A stretch of 64,000 bases of DNA from Octopus sinensis (lineage: Eukaryota): NCBI RefSeq assembly GCF_006345805.1, contig NC_043009.1:27466001-27530000 (forward strand), written 5' to 3'. Shown one piece after another: positions 13,743 through 28,779 of this stretch. The number at the start of each line of letters is the position of its first letter. Within the stretch, counting starts at the first letter, position 1. The notes beneath the pieces were generated by a model. The model was given only the letters and a program-made list of their open reading frames with translations. It made no database searches and had not been told where the DNA came from. A program made the position numbers and the translations under genes.

Positions 13743-14699
13743 CACACATTTATATATATATAGATGATAAGAAAATGGAGGAAAAATAATAAGTGTGTCT
13801 TTTGCGCTAGGAAGCCATTATTTAATTAGTTAAGAAAGGTGAGAGTAAGAGTGAGTTTACGATCGTTTCTGTGTACCATGTTGAGGAAAATACATATCTA
13901 TATTTTTGTCTCATTGCCAATGGTAGACATCGTCAGGACAAAGAAGTCAGATGTAGAGAAAAGAGCGAAAGATAGAGGGATACATCAGAAAAGAAAATGT
14001 TCAATGGTTCGAAAATCTTACATTTTAGATAGGTTCACAGTTTGTTAAATCCATTGGGGATGGGGTAGATAAAGAATAGAATTTGGTTAAATTTGAGGTC
14101 TTGTAGTTATTTATTGGCATGGCTTCCACATGTCTGTAAGTTGGGGTATATGTATACACACACACACACACACACATGCACATGCACACATACATATAGG
14201 TATGTATGTACATATTACACATGATATCATGGTAAAATATACTTAGAAAAAGTAAAAAATATATATTTTGTAGGCTGTTGTACCTGAACTGAATAATTCT
14301 GTAATGGTTGCAATTAACGATTGCAATTGATAATCTTTTCATTTTGGTATTTTCAACGATATTCTTCAACACAAATGGTATATTGTTTCAACATAAAAAT
14401 ATTTCTTTAGTACTTTATCTTAAACATTCACTCTGAGAAGTCATATCTTGTAGCTTATTTCCTCATCTTCACAAAAGAAATTATCATCTATAGATATTCT
14501 TCTCAAATTTAGCTTATAAGATCTTTTTTCCAATTTTGTAGGTTTTTTGTTATTTCTTTTTTTTGTTACTAAAATGACCTTAAACAACTACTTCAAATGC
14601 TAAAAATATATCTCATTATGCTGTATGTAACAAAGAAATTATTACCATCATAATTATCTTGGTTATTATATTATTATTACCATCACGTTTTTGTTGTTG

Positions 14700-14717
14700 G
14701 CATTATTATTATTATTA

Positions 14718-14761
<44 letters not shown>

Positions 14762-14790
14762 TATTATTATTATTAATATTATTATTTCTA
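14700..14790. repeat. (TAT)n microsatellite
   Basis: Directly visible. Confidence 0.9.
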
Positions 14791-15454
14791 TTATTTTTAT
14801 TATTTGATTGTTTTCTTTTTTTTCTAAAGCAGTCATAGAAATTTTAGTGTAATAATCAAAACAGAAATGAAAGAAATCAATAAATCTATTATTTGTTCAT
14901 ATGAAAATATTGGACAAAAACATACATACATATGTGTGTGTGTGTGTGTATACATATATATATATATATATACGTTTAAATATATATACACACATATATA
15001 TGATATATACATATGTATATGTATATATATATATGTATATCTACATATATATATATAGATAGATAGATATGTACATATATATATATGAACACATATATAT
15101 AAACAAAATAAATAAGTAAATAAATATATTTTAAATAAAAAAAATTTTAAGTTGATGAATGCCCCTTTATACTGGCAGGTATTTTTGAAGCAAGGAACTA
15201 GATCTAGATTGCAGGTATGCCAAATTGTCAGCTACATATTGAGATAGGAATGTGTCTTTGAATAGATCGATGAAAACCTCAGGAAATGGGTTTTTCTTTA
15301 ATCAGGAACAAAATAGAAAACTTGAAATCATTTCTTAGGAAAAGAAGAAAAAATATAAAATAAAAATTCTTTTGAAGAGTAAATAGATAAGAAAGAGAGG
15401 GAGAGAGGGGGGAGGATATAGAGAGAAGGAGAAGAGGAAGAGAAAGAGATAGCA

Positions 15455-15520
<66 letters not shown>
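15455..15520. repeat. (AG)n microsatellite
   Basis: Directly visible. Confidence 0.9.
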
Positions 15521-16572
15521 AGGAGGGAATGAAATAAAGCTAATCAGCTTTTATTAACGAACTTGAAATTCTAAAAGAATGAAAAACAAAAATAAAAAAA
15601 AATCCACAGCTAACTGAAAGGATATCTTTATTAATTTAGTGTTGGATACACACACACACACACACAAAATCACAAACAATCACACACATATACATTCACT
15701 CAAATGCACTTATATGCAAGTAACACGTGTGTGTGTATATGTATATATATATGTATGTATATGATGTATAGATATATATGTATATATATATATATATGTG
15801 TGTGTATATATATATATGCATGTAAGTATGTATATATATATATATATATATATATGCATTTATATATTATATATAAAGTATTCATGTGTGTTATGCATTT
15901 GTACTGAATATGGACTGAATCATGCTATTTTCATGGTTGTTGTACTAATGGCTACATTTAGCATATGAGTGAAGGGAGACATTTATATTTATTATGGTAA
16001 TTTCTAACTTTGGTACAAGACAAGGAATTTGGTGCGAACAACAGAACCATCGATTAAACTGATGCCAGTACTTGACTGGTACAGTATCTTTCTGATGCAG
16101 GAGGGATGAAAATCAAAGTTGATTTCAGTAGGATTAGAACTCAAAACAAACAGCAGAATATTTTTTTCCTCAATGCGCTGATGATTTTGCTAATTCACTG
16201 CCGACGTGTTAATAATTGCTTCTGATTTAAGCACAAGGCCTGCAATTTTGAGAGGAGGAGTAAACTGTTTCTGTTTAGAGAGCGATGAGGCAAATATATG
16301 TCAGTTAGTTGTAAGGCTCTACATCAGTTATGTTCTGATAACTTATAAATTTTAAGGGGACAATGAATCAGTAACAATATACATTATCAAACTTTATGGA
16401 ATCGACGTCCCTGAGAACCCTTCTCTGGTTTTATAATACCAACTTACTGCTTTAAAGTGGTCGAAATTAAAATCTTCCATTAAAATTTCATTTTAATTTA
16501 TGCACCAAAACACCAACTTAATAATGACAAAATTATTTCACTAAATTCTTAAATCATTTTCAAAATTAATTG

Positions 16573-16858
16573 AACTGAACGTGGCCGTTGCCAGCGCCGC
16601 CCAGACTGGCCTCCGTGCTTGTAGCACGTAAAAAGCACCATCCGATCATGGCCATTTGCCAGCCTCATCTGGCACCTGTGCCGTGGCACGTAAAAAGCAC
16701 CCAGTACACTCACGGAGTGGTTGGCGTTAGGAAGGGCATCCAGCTGTAGAAACACTGCCAGATCAGACTGGGTCTGATGCAGCCTTCTGGCTTCCCAGAC
16801 CCCAGTTGAACTGTCTAACCCATGCTAGCATGGAAAGCGGACATTAAACGATGATGAG
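16573..16858 (+). mobile_element. 5'-truncated retroposon 3' end (RTE 3'UTR-like), 9-bp TSD
   Basis: ggaagggcatccagctgtagaaac...catgctagcatggaaagcggacattaaacgatgatga tail; AATTAATTG at 16564-16572 and 16859-16867. Confidence 0.78.
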
Positions 16859-18996
16859 AATTAATTGGATTTGGAATGGAAATATGGTAAGAAAAGGATT
16901 ACTGCAAAGATGTTTTTGTGCTGAAATTAGAAGTTCTTCAAGAATATTGAAAATAGATGTTCTTCAAGAATATTTTGTCATAAATTTCACTTTGTAATTC
17001 AAATGGACAATATATATACACAAAATGCTTGTTTGTTTTATTTGCTGGGTCTAGAAGAAGGGCAGTGCCCATAGCCTTTAGAGACCTTTATAGATTAGTG
17101 AAATTAAAGCTATTACTGTTCCCCATGAACCCTTATATGTCAACCTCTATGGGTTAGCAGAACATTGTTTGTGGTAGTGGTGGTAGTGATGGGATTCCAG
17201 AAGGACAATATTTTGGGAAGGAAAGAGTTGGTTTGGGGATTAATGTGGAGCTTGGGGATAGGAGTGGACACCAAAATGGTTGTGAGAGGAGGAGAGGTGA
17301 TTAAAACAGGAGTTACATTGCCCATTTTCCCACTTTAATAAAACTTGGATTTGTTACAAGACCAATTTTTCCATAGCAAGTGAATAATACATGTCTCAAA
17401 TCCAGTATATTATCAGTACATATTTTTATCTTGAGCAGGGGCATCAATTGATAACAGTTCTGGCAGGATTTGAATTTAGAACATTAAACTATCAAACTAG
17501 ATATATTCAGCTATTAAGCCTGGTATCACATAGTCCCAGTTATTTCCACTACCCTAGAAGTTGGGAATATTATGAAAATCTCACTGACGTGAAATGGGAG
17601 AAATCTCAAGAAATGAATAATTGTAAGTTAACAATAATATTCCTATGGGATTCTAAACAGTTATGTAATGGTGTCCAACCTAGATGATAATGGAAAATCG
17701 AAACCATAAATCATCTTAAAATTCTCATGCCTTACTCTTCTCTTCCAATGAGTTACAGAATTGTCTTATTGTGGAAACTCATTAAATCCTAAACCTTTAT
17801 GTTTCATGCAACTAAATTACTTCAAACTCTATATGTAAATATTATGGAAACGAGTTACATACAAACTGGGTTTATTCCAACACACACACAAACACATATA
17901 TATAAATATATAAATAAATAAATACATAAACACACACACACATATCAATTTAAATACCCAACTGAAAGAGCTAGCAATATTTATCTTTCACTGGGTGGAG
18001 TACTTGTTTTGTTGATTCTATCTTTATTGGATGTGTAAACTACATATATATATATATATATATACATGTGTGTGAATGTGTGTATATGGTTTATACATAC
18101 AAACATAAATACGTATATATGCATACATACATATATACATACATTTATATATATGTAGAACATATTGTGACAGAGAGGAAAAATAATTGCATGTTACTGA
18201 AGTTATTTAACTGTATAATCAGTTTATTTCAATTGTCAAATATAAGTCTAACAGCTATTAAAAACCTTGACAGGGATCCAGTGATTTTGTGCATATTGCA
18301 TATATTAAACATAAACTTCAGTTGGGGTATAAAAACAAACATTTGTATGAAACTGCTATGAAGTTTAAGAATAATTTAAATATTTGTATGGAAAATGGGG
18401 AAATTAATAGTCTGAACTCAGAAATATCTTCTGCTTTATTTGAAGCAAGAATATCCATTTTCTTACTGTAAATTCTGCAGTTATTTTTTGAATGTATAAA
18501 GCTTATTTAAGAGTAAAAAATCTCTAATGACTTCCATCCTGATAAAAAAGTAATCAGCGAAACAAATTCAAGTAATCTTTCCGAAAGACGTTTAAGGCTT
18601 CTATCCTAATTTAATTCTAGAAAGATAATTTAGTTTTATTCTCTGTTTTATTCAATATATCATGATTTGTTTCTCTTTGATGTTAATGTAGTTTCTTTTG
18701 TTGAATAATAGAAGGGGTTAATAATGAAAGATAAAAGTATAATATTGGCTTATGAAATGAGTGTGAGAGAGAGAGAGAAAGAAAAAGAGAGAGAGAGAAG
18801 GGAGAAGGGTAGAAGAATTTATTTTAGTTTCACAGTTGAATAAATTCATAGTAAAAAAAATGTATTAGTTCACACACTCTTACAAGAGCTGATAAATGTT
18901 AAAGCATACATAAAACTACTCAAATATATATGCATTCATATGTAAATGTATAAATATGTATGTATATATATGTGAACATATATGTATATATATATA

Positions 18997-19126
<130 letters not shown>

Positions 19127-19538
19127 ATATACATATACATACATACACACACATATATATTATATATGTATTCAATTATATAAAGCTAAAATGAATGTTT
19201 ATGAATGTGTATATTTGTATATCTTTGTATATATATATACACACATATATGTATATATATTTATATATATATGCCTATATATACGTATACATATGTATAT
19301 ATATATACCCAAACACACATAGACACACACATATATGTATATATATTTGTATGTATGTATCATGTGTGTGTGTATTGATGTGCTCATACATTTGAGGTTA
19401 CAAACGTGGATGGTGGAAGTACTCAATACATATGGTAGAGTTTATTCATTTATTGAAAGTCTAAGCTTGCTATTGTCATTATTCTGAATTTCTCATAGAG
19501 TAGGAACATGTGTTTGAGTTTGTTGATGTATGTGTGTG

Positions 19539-19582
<44 letters not shown>

Positions 19583-19924
19583 TGTGTGTGTGTGCACCCA
19601 TATGCACATGCATGTGTGCGTATGCAAAATTAATATTTTGATTGAAGCATACAAAAATAATGATTGCAAGTATTTATATACGTGTATGTATGATTGTATA
19701 ATTATGAACATATTTTGGAATAGTTATACAAATTCATCTGCACACATTCATATGTTTTTATATATACATGTATGTACATACAATAAGGTTTTAGGAATCT
19801 CATTAATACTGGCATATCATGTGTAAAAATCACAATATATGTCATCATATTCGCATGGGTAAAATAAAAGTATCTATTTATCTTGCTATGATATTTTAGA
19901 AATATTACTTTCATAAAATATGCA

Positions 19925-20060
19925 CATAGCCTAGTGGTTATGGGTGCTGGCCTACTGATCACAAGGGAATGTGTTCAGTTCCTAGGATGGGCTATATGCC
20001 ACGTCCTTGAGCAAGGTACTTTATTTTACATTGCTCCAGTCTAGTCAGCTGAAAAATGTG
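19925..20060 (+). mobile_element. SINE family C-type 5' fragment
   Basis: catagcctagtggtta...gtccttgagcaaggtactttattttacattgctccagtc. Confidence 0.65.
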
Positions 20061-20269
20061 TCTCAGCCTAATTCACATCTTCAATGCTCCACTGGATTAA
20101 GGGATGGGAAAGACCGAGAGGTTGTGTATGCTTGGATGTGATTACAAAGGTACCTGAAAGAATCAGAAAAGGCATGAGACATGCTATCAGGTCATACTTG
20201 CTTGCAAGTGATGTCTATATCATCATCACCAGCAGCAGCATCATTATCATCATCATCATCATCGTTGTC

Positions 20270-20530
20270 ATCATCTGCTTTCTATGCTGGTATGGGCTTG
20301 ACAGTCTGACAGGAGCTGGCAAGCCAGATGGCTGTATCAGGCTTCACTTGTCTGTTTTGGCATGGTTTCTACAGCTGGATGCCCTTCTTAATGCCAACCA
20401 TTTTACAGAGTTTACTGGGTGCATATTACTAGGTGCCACCAGCATGGGTGCTTTCTTACATGGTGCCATCACAGGTGCTTTCTGCATGGTGCCAGCACAG
20501 GTGCCTTTTATATGGTGTGAACAAAATATT
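20270..20530 (-). mobile_element. RTE 3'UTR-like repeat
   Basis: Reverse copy with (CAT)n tail. Confidence 0.7.
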
Positions 20531-21172
20531 TTTCAGCACATCTAGAGTAAGTACATTCCGTGAAGTCATGAAACTCCCAGGTTTAATTCCACAGCTTGGC
20601 ATGTTACTTCGGTTTGCTCCAAGGATTGTGAGCAAAGATTAACTCAACAGAAACTCTTGTGGTTGGATTATAGGTGTAAATTTAAAGTACTGGCTTTGTT
20701 AAGCTATATTAGACTGATTCTGGCTAAGGGAGACACACACATTTACACTACAACCACTTTCTCACCATATTTCACTTGAAACACACAACTGTTGTTTCAA
20801 ACAACTTTTTTTTAGAAATAATGAAGAATTTATCAAAATAAATTTGTAAATATTATGTTAGTGTTTGGAGCATAAATTAATAAAAAAGTTTTAATAGAAA
20901 TGTTTTGATTTATATCAATTTAAAATAAGAAATTTGTATCATACTTCTATGATATGAATAGCTCAGTCACATGTATGATACAGGAGTTGTATGTAGCAAG
21001 AAAGAAATAATTGCTTAAGGTGTTCACTTGACTAAACAGCTTAAATTAACCATTGTAGAAAACTTCAAAATTTGCAAAGGATTTGTATTTACCTACACAT
21101 ATTAGCATGTGTGTGTGTTTGTGTATGTGTGTGTGTGATGTGGGTACATATTTGTATGTATATATGTGTAGG

Positions 21173-21292
<120 letters not shown>

Positions 21293-21409
21293 ATATATAT
21301 ATATAACATATATATATATACAAATACATATATATATGAATATATATATATTATATATATATATAATATATATATATATAATATATATATATATATTATA
21401 TATATCATC

Positions 21410-21620
21410 ATCATCGTTTAACGTCCGCTTTCCATGCTAGCATGGGTTGGACGATTTGACTGAGGACTGGTGAACCAGATGGCAAAGTTTCTACAACTGG
21501 ATGCCCTTCCTACGTCACCACTCCAAGAGTGTAGTAGGTGCTTTTACGTGCCCCCAGTACGAGTGGCCAGTCAGGCGGTAATGGCAATGGCCATGCTCAA
21601 ATGGTGTTTTATATGTGCCA
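21410..21620 (-). mobile_element. RTE 3'UTR-like repeat
   Basis: catcatcgtttaacgtccgctttccatgctagcatggg... Confidence 0.75.
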
Positions 21621-21664
<44 letters not shown>

Positions 21665-22297
21665 ATATATATAATATATATATGTGTATATGTATACACA
21701 CACACACACATTTGAAAGTCTATGAGAATTACTTAATATAGTTTTGAAGTGTAAAGATGATTTTAATTTAATGTTTAAAAAATGTTATAAAATCTTTTAT
21801 CAGGATGTTACTAACTTTTTGGGGGAAGAAGTTTTCTTCTAGAGTGTGAGCACTTTCATTTAACCTTTTCAAACACATGTGCTCTTAAAAAGGAAGTTGT
21901 TATTTTTGTGGTAGTAGTAGTGTAAATTATAAGGCAACCAAAGGTTTTATGTGAGATCTACACAATTGTTCAAGTGTACCGCATGGAAATGAGATGAGTA
22001 CCAACATTTCCATGTAGTTTGCTTAAACAATTGTGAAGTTCTCTTCACATGAAAGCATTGGTTGGGTTGTCAGCCCACAAAGAAAGAATATTTATCCACC
22101 AATGTGGTGTTGAACAGTCATTTTCACTGTTCAATATTAGCATATATATGTATATATATATATATATGCGTGGTCTTGTGGGATATAGAGGTGAAATTAT
22201 CACTGATTAAAAAAAATATTCTAAATTTCCAGGATGGAATGGCAACTACTAGTTTTCAAATCTCAAAGTATGTAAAATATTTTGGGCCATTACCTAC

Positions 22298-22390
22298 TTG
22301 CAAAACGTTCCTGTCAGACATGAACTTTTCAAAAGCATTTGCTAAAGTCGTCAGTTGTCTGAAAGTAGTCTTTCTGGAGAGATATAATAG
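22298..22390 (-). CDS. Candidate 93-nt phase 0-0 exon (LLYLSRKTTFRQLTTLANAFEKFMSDRNVLQ)
   Basis: Minus strand atttttccaaaaacag|CTA...TTG CAA|gtaggt; stop-free and a multiple of 3. The acceptor tract is only moderate and no homology is recognised. Confidence 0.25.
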
Positions 22391-23929
22391 CTGTTTTTGG
22401 AAAAATTCTGTGCTGGCAATGGACAGGTTTTTCAACCTGATGATGGCCCAAACTATTTTTTATACTTTTGGGTTTGAAACTAAGAATGTTGCCCTTCTTC
22501 TCTAGAAATTTTATATATGTCTATATATATATAAATACATATATAAGTGTGTGTCTGTGTGTGTTTTTGTGTGTGCACTATATAAATATGTGTGCCTGTG
22601 AAGTATTTACATTCATTTGTATGAAAATATATACACATGCATACATACACACATATTATATATTATATATATTAATTGATAAATATGTATATATACGTGC
22701 TTATATATAAATACATACATGTATGTATTTGAAAACTGCCATATATAACGATAAATACACACATATAGCCATATATGTGTGTTTCTGTATATAATTATTA
22801 GCATGACAGTAAAGGTGTGTATATTTCAAGTGAATAATGTGTACATAAGTGTGTGCTTATGTATATTGTGTATATTGTGTTTATATGAAAAATTGGTTTT
22901 AATAGCAAAGCAATTATATTTCAATTAAATCACTAATATTCTTCAAACAAAATATATAAAAAAACAGGATCTTGCTTAATGATTTGAAAATATACTTTCC
23001 TAATAAGAAATAAATTAGATATTTATTTAATTAGGGAAATATTGTTATAATTGTATCTTCTTTACTATATTCACTCAAATCTTTTAAATTTTGCTTTTAT
23101 GTTTCTTAAAAAGAATGAATAAAGCAACAAAAAGTTGACACAGTTTTTAAAATACTTTTTTGATATTTTTTGTTTGCTAAATATAATGTAATATATCTAA
23201 CAAAGTTTAGATTCATCTTTATATTTTCATTTTAAACTGTTTAATAAGTATCTTAACATAATTTATAATTTAAATTATAATTTGGGTAAACATTGTAAAG
23301 AAGAGAGGAAAATAAATATAAGGAAACTGAAATGGTCTTATTGCTATAAGATATAATATATAAAATGATTCTTTTGACAAGAAGGTAAAATAGGTTTGGC
23401 TGATATTATAGAACCTAGATTTGAATTTAAGTCAAATTTCAACAGCATTAAAACATTATATGAAAAAAAATTAAGTTTATGTCATGGAGAAAGAATTAAA
23501 AAAATAATATAAATAGTTACGCCAAGGTAAAAGTAGCGCAAAGCAATTATTTTCAGCAAAATATGCATAAAAATTCATTTTGAATAGAAAAGAGAATTTT
23601 AGAAAGAAATATTACTTATTAAATTAATTAGATATGATAAAATAAAATAAAAAAGAACACTTGAAATTGGACAGTGGGTATATAAAAGGGGTAAAAATAT
23701 AAAAATATATTCACATGCACATATATATATGATTTCTGTTAAACTTTACTTTTGTTTTGAAAACTTTCTTATGTTTATTTTTTTTTCCGGAAATATTAAG
23801 TTCAAAGAAATTAAATCTTAAATTATCAAGAGAAAGCATTAAATTATTTGTATGATGTACGTTAGGCTTTTAGAGAACAATATCAAGAAAAATGAAACAA
23901 TAATTAGTCAATTTTTTCAAGTCAATGAA

Positions 23930-24367
23930 AAAGAAAAATATATTCGACAATGAATAGGTATAAAGAAAGGATCAGGTTTTTCTTTGAATTTGGCTTCAAA
24001 TTCTTCAGTGATTCTGGACAAAAAGACATTTTTTGTTTTTACTGGTAGATTTGTAGAACAGTCAAGTTATTGTCATGAAGAAATGACAATGAGTTTTTCA
24101 ACTGGATAAAACTGGAGACAAATCTTCAAGTCACAGTCAACCTTTTCCCTTGTAAAAGTTTAATAAACATGTACTCTTTCAACAAGTGTTGAGTTATCCT
24201 TCAGTTTAATATTAAATTGTTTTTATATATAAGTTGGACGGTACTCCTTAATTTTCCATCACAAGAGGATGGTTTATGCAGACGAGAAAATGGTAAGTTA
24301 GTGAAATTATCATAAGTGCCTTTTCTTTGCTTTTCAGCATCTTCTTTATACCTATTCATTGTAGAAT
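23930..24367 (-). mobile_element. Degenerate hAT (Charlie/SPIN-like) transposase fragment with 26-bp inverted duplication
   Basis: One minus frame with three stops reads [71 protein letters not shown]. It is loosely like the hAT KLV.ITTDGA..M.GK..G.V..L......IHC.IH segment; recognised by eye only. Confidence 0.4.
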
Positions 24368-24420
24368 TTCATTAAACATTAAATGTTATCACAGAAATAT
24401 TTACACATACATACATACAT

Positions 24421-24461
<41 letters not shown>

Positions 24462-25063
24462 CATATATATACACATATATATACACATACATATATATAT
24501 ATGTATCTATATATATGTATCCATATATGTGTATATATATATGTGTGTGTGTTTGTATGTATGTATATCCATATATGTAACGAACATCAGTAAAGAGAAA
24601 CAGCAAGCAGCAAATGCATCATTAGAGAAATACAGAACATGCAAGCATATACTTTAGCATCTAAAAATTTTGCAAATTGGTAAATTGGGATAAAAATAAT
24701 ACAAAGATTTTTTTGTCAACAAAATAGTTTTGCTAATGTTCAGATACAAGCTGCGGTGATGATAAATATCTACAATAAGAATAAAATAGTTTTTTTTTAT
24801 TTATCTCCTTGTTATTTTCTTAAAACATAAAACTGAAAATAGCCATCTAGCGAGATAATTATTTTTACAAAATTAAGCACAAAATTTTAAAACATTCGAT
24901 TTGAAATATATGTGAATGAACAGAAAAAGATAAATAAATAAGTAAATAAATAAATAATGTTCACAAATACACATGCTCACTCACTCACATATATAAATCT
25001 GTGTACAATTATTCAAGATATATATGAAGTCACGCATTTATATATATATATATATTATATATA

Positions 25064-25101
<38 letters not shown>

Positions 25102-25391
25102 TATATATTATATATATATATAATTTAAGGTGTATTCCATTAGGAATGTAGTAGAGTACAAAATAGAGCTCGTTCACCCTTAGAATTACCAAATAACTGG
25201 TAGTATTTTGGTATATGTCCATGTCTAGGTGTATATGTGTATCTATGTTGTATCGAAACGTGTAGTGTTTATTAAAGAGGTGTCTAACCGTACTCCTTCT
25301 TGTTGACTCTATTTTTTCAATTATATATATACACACACACACACACGTATATATATATATATATATATCTATATATATATATATATATTAT

Positions 25392-25446
<55 letters not shown>

Positions 25447-26695
25447 ATGTATATATACACACACATTTAAATGCATTTATATGTTATATATTTCTATGTA
25501 TATGCATTTTCTTTTTACTCTTTTTTGAAAAAAACTATAATTAAGATTTTTTAACTAAACAATCGACTTTATAGTTCTTTTGCCTCAGTATAATACTGGT
25601 ATTATTTTGTATCAATGCTTAAAAAAAAATAATTATGACTGATATTAAAAAATATTTGAATTGAGTGCAATATCATCTGTAGTGTATTGGCTGGATATCT
25701 TAAACTAAAACATATTTTTAAAATATCATTATATGATAGATGAAAGGTTAGGATATGGTCTTATTAAATATCCATGAATTACACAAGTTCACATTGTACC
25801 ATACAAAGAAATGTAATTGTTCTATACTCTTGAGTATGAGACACAATTCTGCTTTCACTAGACTTGCAAACGGAAATTGTACAAGAATCAAAACAACTTT
25901 ATAATGTTGTAAACAGAAAACATAAAGAGCAATTACTCCAATACCTTCTACTCAAAAAATAGATGCAAATATATGAATTTAAATACTTGTTCTACCCATG
26001 TCAGCTTATATCATAAACATTTATTGTAAGTGTGAATGTGTGTGCACATGTGTGTATGTATGTATGTGTGGGTGTGTTGTTGTTTAATACTGGGTCAACT
26101 CCAATCAAGCAGACTTACGGAGAAAAGCTACCCAACTATAATCATCTCATCTTTTTATTGATATGCAGGACAATGTTGTTTACAACACCCATTCCTTGTT
26201 TAAGAATGTAAGATGTGATTTGAGGAAGATTTAGCTGCTTTTGCTGGCAGGTCAAGCATCCATGTAGAAGCTCCACATTAGCAAGAGTATGTGTGTGTAG
26301 AATTGTTTATAAGTGTCAGTTTTACTTATCAAAGTTGGCACCACTTTACCTTTTCAGAACCAATGTACAACCAAAAACCTATTTAAGATATGGCCACCAC
26401 ATATAAGTCTAAATCAAGAGGAACAGAACTTGAATATTCTTCTGCATTCAAGACTTGAGTTTACTGTTGTTACTGTAATTTGCTGTTTAGAAATAGATTT
26501 TCCAAATTTAAGATTCTAGGAACAATATCATCCAATAAATGCTGATTATTATTGAAGAATATGAATTTATCCAAAAATAAACAATACTGGCATTGAAACA
26601 TTGGGCTGGGAGTGGCTGGAGTGAGAGACAGTGCCATTTTTTCAAACAAGTCGGTTATTAACAGTCAGTAAAAAGGTTTTGTCCCGAGGGAGACT

Positions 26696-26923
26696 TTAAC
26701 CCTTTCACATTTAAACTGGTCATATCTGGCCCAAATATGCTACCTGTTTTATGTTGAAACTGGTCAGATCCTGATTCTCACTCCTACCCTAGAATGTCAT
26801 GCTAAAAAAGAATACCCATATCATCGAAATCTTGAAGCTATGAAATAATGCAAAATTAATTCAAAACAATGTGAGTAAATAAGCATTATATTTGACAGAG
26901 CAATCAGAAGGCAAAAAGGTTAA
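26696..26923. mobile_element. TTAA-flanked MITE (second family)
   Basis: TTAACCCTTT ... AAAAAGGTTAA termini; internal sequence is homologous to 53226-53704. Confidence 0.62.
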
Positions 26924-28779
26924 ACTGCATCTAGAGGCCCCAGTTCTCAAGTTTAAGGAAGGGGTTACACTTTAGTCACCACTATTTCCAGGTCCATTCT
27001 GGCTTTGGGTGGTAGATAGTAATTGTAAGAGGCCCCAGTTATGGAGTTATGGGTCATATTGTAGAAGATGGATCTTAAAGGACTCAGATGAGGGTTGGTC
27101 CCTTGATATGTATCACACAAACCCAACTGAGTATGAACATGCCCTGATAACATATGAATCAGTATCCCTGCCAAAAGATTAAATAGGTCTTTGAAAGAGT
27201 GGGATCTTAGCTGATCAAATTGTTAAATTAACTGACAGTAAGCAATGGGAAACCAATGATGCATCATTCCCAAGAAAATTCCTGAATTTTCAGACTTTTG
27301 CATGCAGGTCCATAACTATAAACAGCTGTAGGCATGGCATTAAAAAAAGCGTGATAAGCCATATGAAGTGTAAAAAAAAAGTAAGTCAGCAGAGGGTTTG
27401 TCATTTCAGGTGAATACAAAATGCACAAAATAAGGATCAAACATGAAATATCAGAAGAAATTACAGAGAAAAGAAATGCTAAATCATATTTTGGCTTCAT
27501 TTAATGTCAGTTTATCATGCTAGCATAGTTTAGATGGGGAGGTTAAGTCATATTTTGGTTTAATAAAGGTTTTCTTTTGTTCATTTAACATTTGTTTCTC
27601 AAGAAAGCATGGGTAAGATGTGAAATTTATTTGAAGCAGGATTTCATGGCTTGTCACCAATCCTTGTTTTCTAAATAAGGAATGCTTTTATTCCACAACT
27701 CTTTGAAAGAGCAGAGTGATTGGTGATTATGTCAACAAGTAATATCAACATTATCATCATTTCACTCAAGATAAAAAGATTAATGAGCATAGATCTGACA
27801 TGTAGATACTTTTGTATGCAGATTTACAAGAAAATGTCAGGGGCTTTTCACAGGCCTTAGCGAACCATTAATTTGATTATCATATTTATATATAAGTGAT
27901 GCGATTAAAATCTCCTCATTGGTAGCATATATATCTATCACAAGTTTAATCTCTATTTCACACCCCCACATGAGAAATTGCTTTAAAAATTGATGGGTAT
28001 TTGTTGGTTTACAAACCAAACAAAGGTATGCTTTAAATGTAAGCACTTTCACTATGCACAGAAGTAAACTATACCAAGTTGTTTTAGAATTGGATCTTGT
28101 TTTAGTGTTGATTTCATATGTAAGTTGTAGAGTGTCTTGGCTGAATGCCTTATATTCTGTCAACTCAGCTACTTGCCACTCCATTTGTGTAAAATTCATT
28201 ATGAATAATTTTCAGCTTTCTCATTACGTCTTTATATAACTTTACATATATCTATGGATATATTTCCTTTTTAGCCACACTCATTACTGTTGGTTGCCTC
28301 TTTCAGTCTCTACATAGTAATCTATCCAAATATATTGCTATACTTCATCACTCCTTCCATTTCATCTCTCACTCTCTCTCTCTGTCTCTCTCTTCAACAC
28401 TTCAAAAGTAACATTGACATAGAAATGATTTACAAGGGGCAAATATTGATACTGTTCTCTATAGACAAATCCAATCAAGATTATAAACACGATCGTTTTT
28501 CCTAGCAGAAACAAAGGGAAATGATAATTCTCAATATAAAAGTAAACTGTTATATTTAGATCAATCGTTTGGTCAAATGATTATGCAACAACTTTTAAGC
28601 AACCGATATAATAAACAAGTTGACTAATCAGATTCAGAGATGGGAGGAGATAAAAAATAAAATGACAGATGGACAGATAGAGAGACAGAGAAATAGATGG
28701 AGCAGCAAATGGTTTGATTGGAAAATAGCTGAAGGATTATTTAAACAGACAGACATACTGATTGACCAACACGCAGTGT

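Noticed and set aside
16933-16974. 16-bp direct repeat GTTCTTCAAGAATATT with 26-bp period
   Set aside because: Only two copies; an ordinary slippage duplication.
24234-24292. Plus-strand exon pattern ending MVYADEKM|gtaagt
   Set aside because: It lies within the putative inverted transposase relic and has no credible downstream exon.
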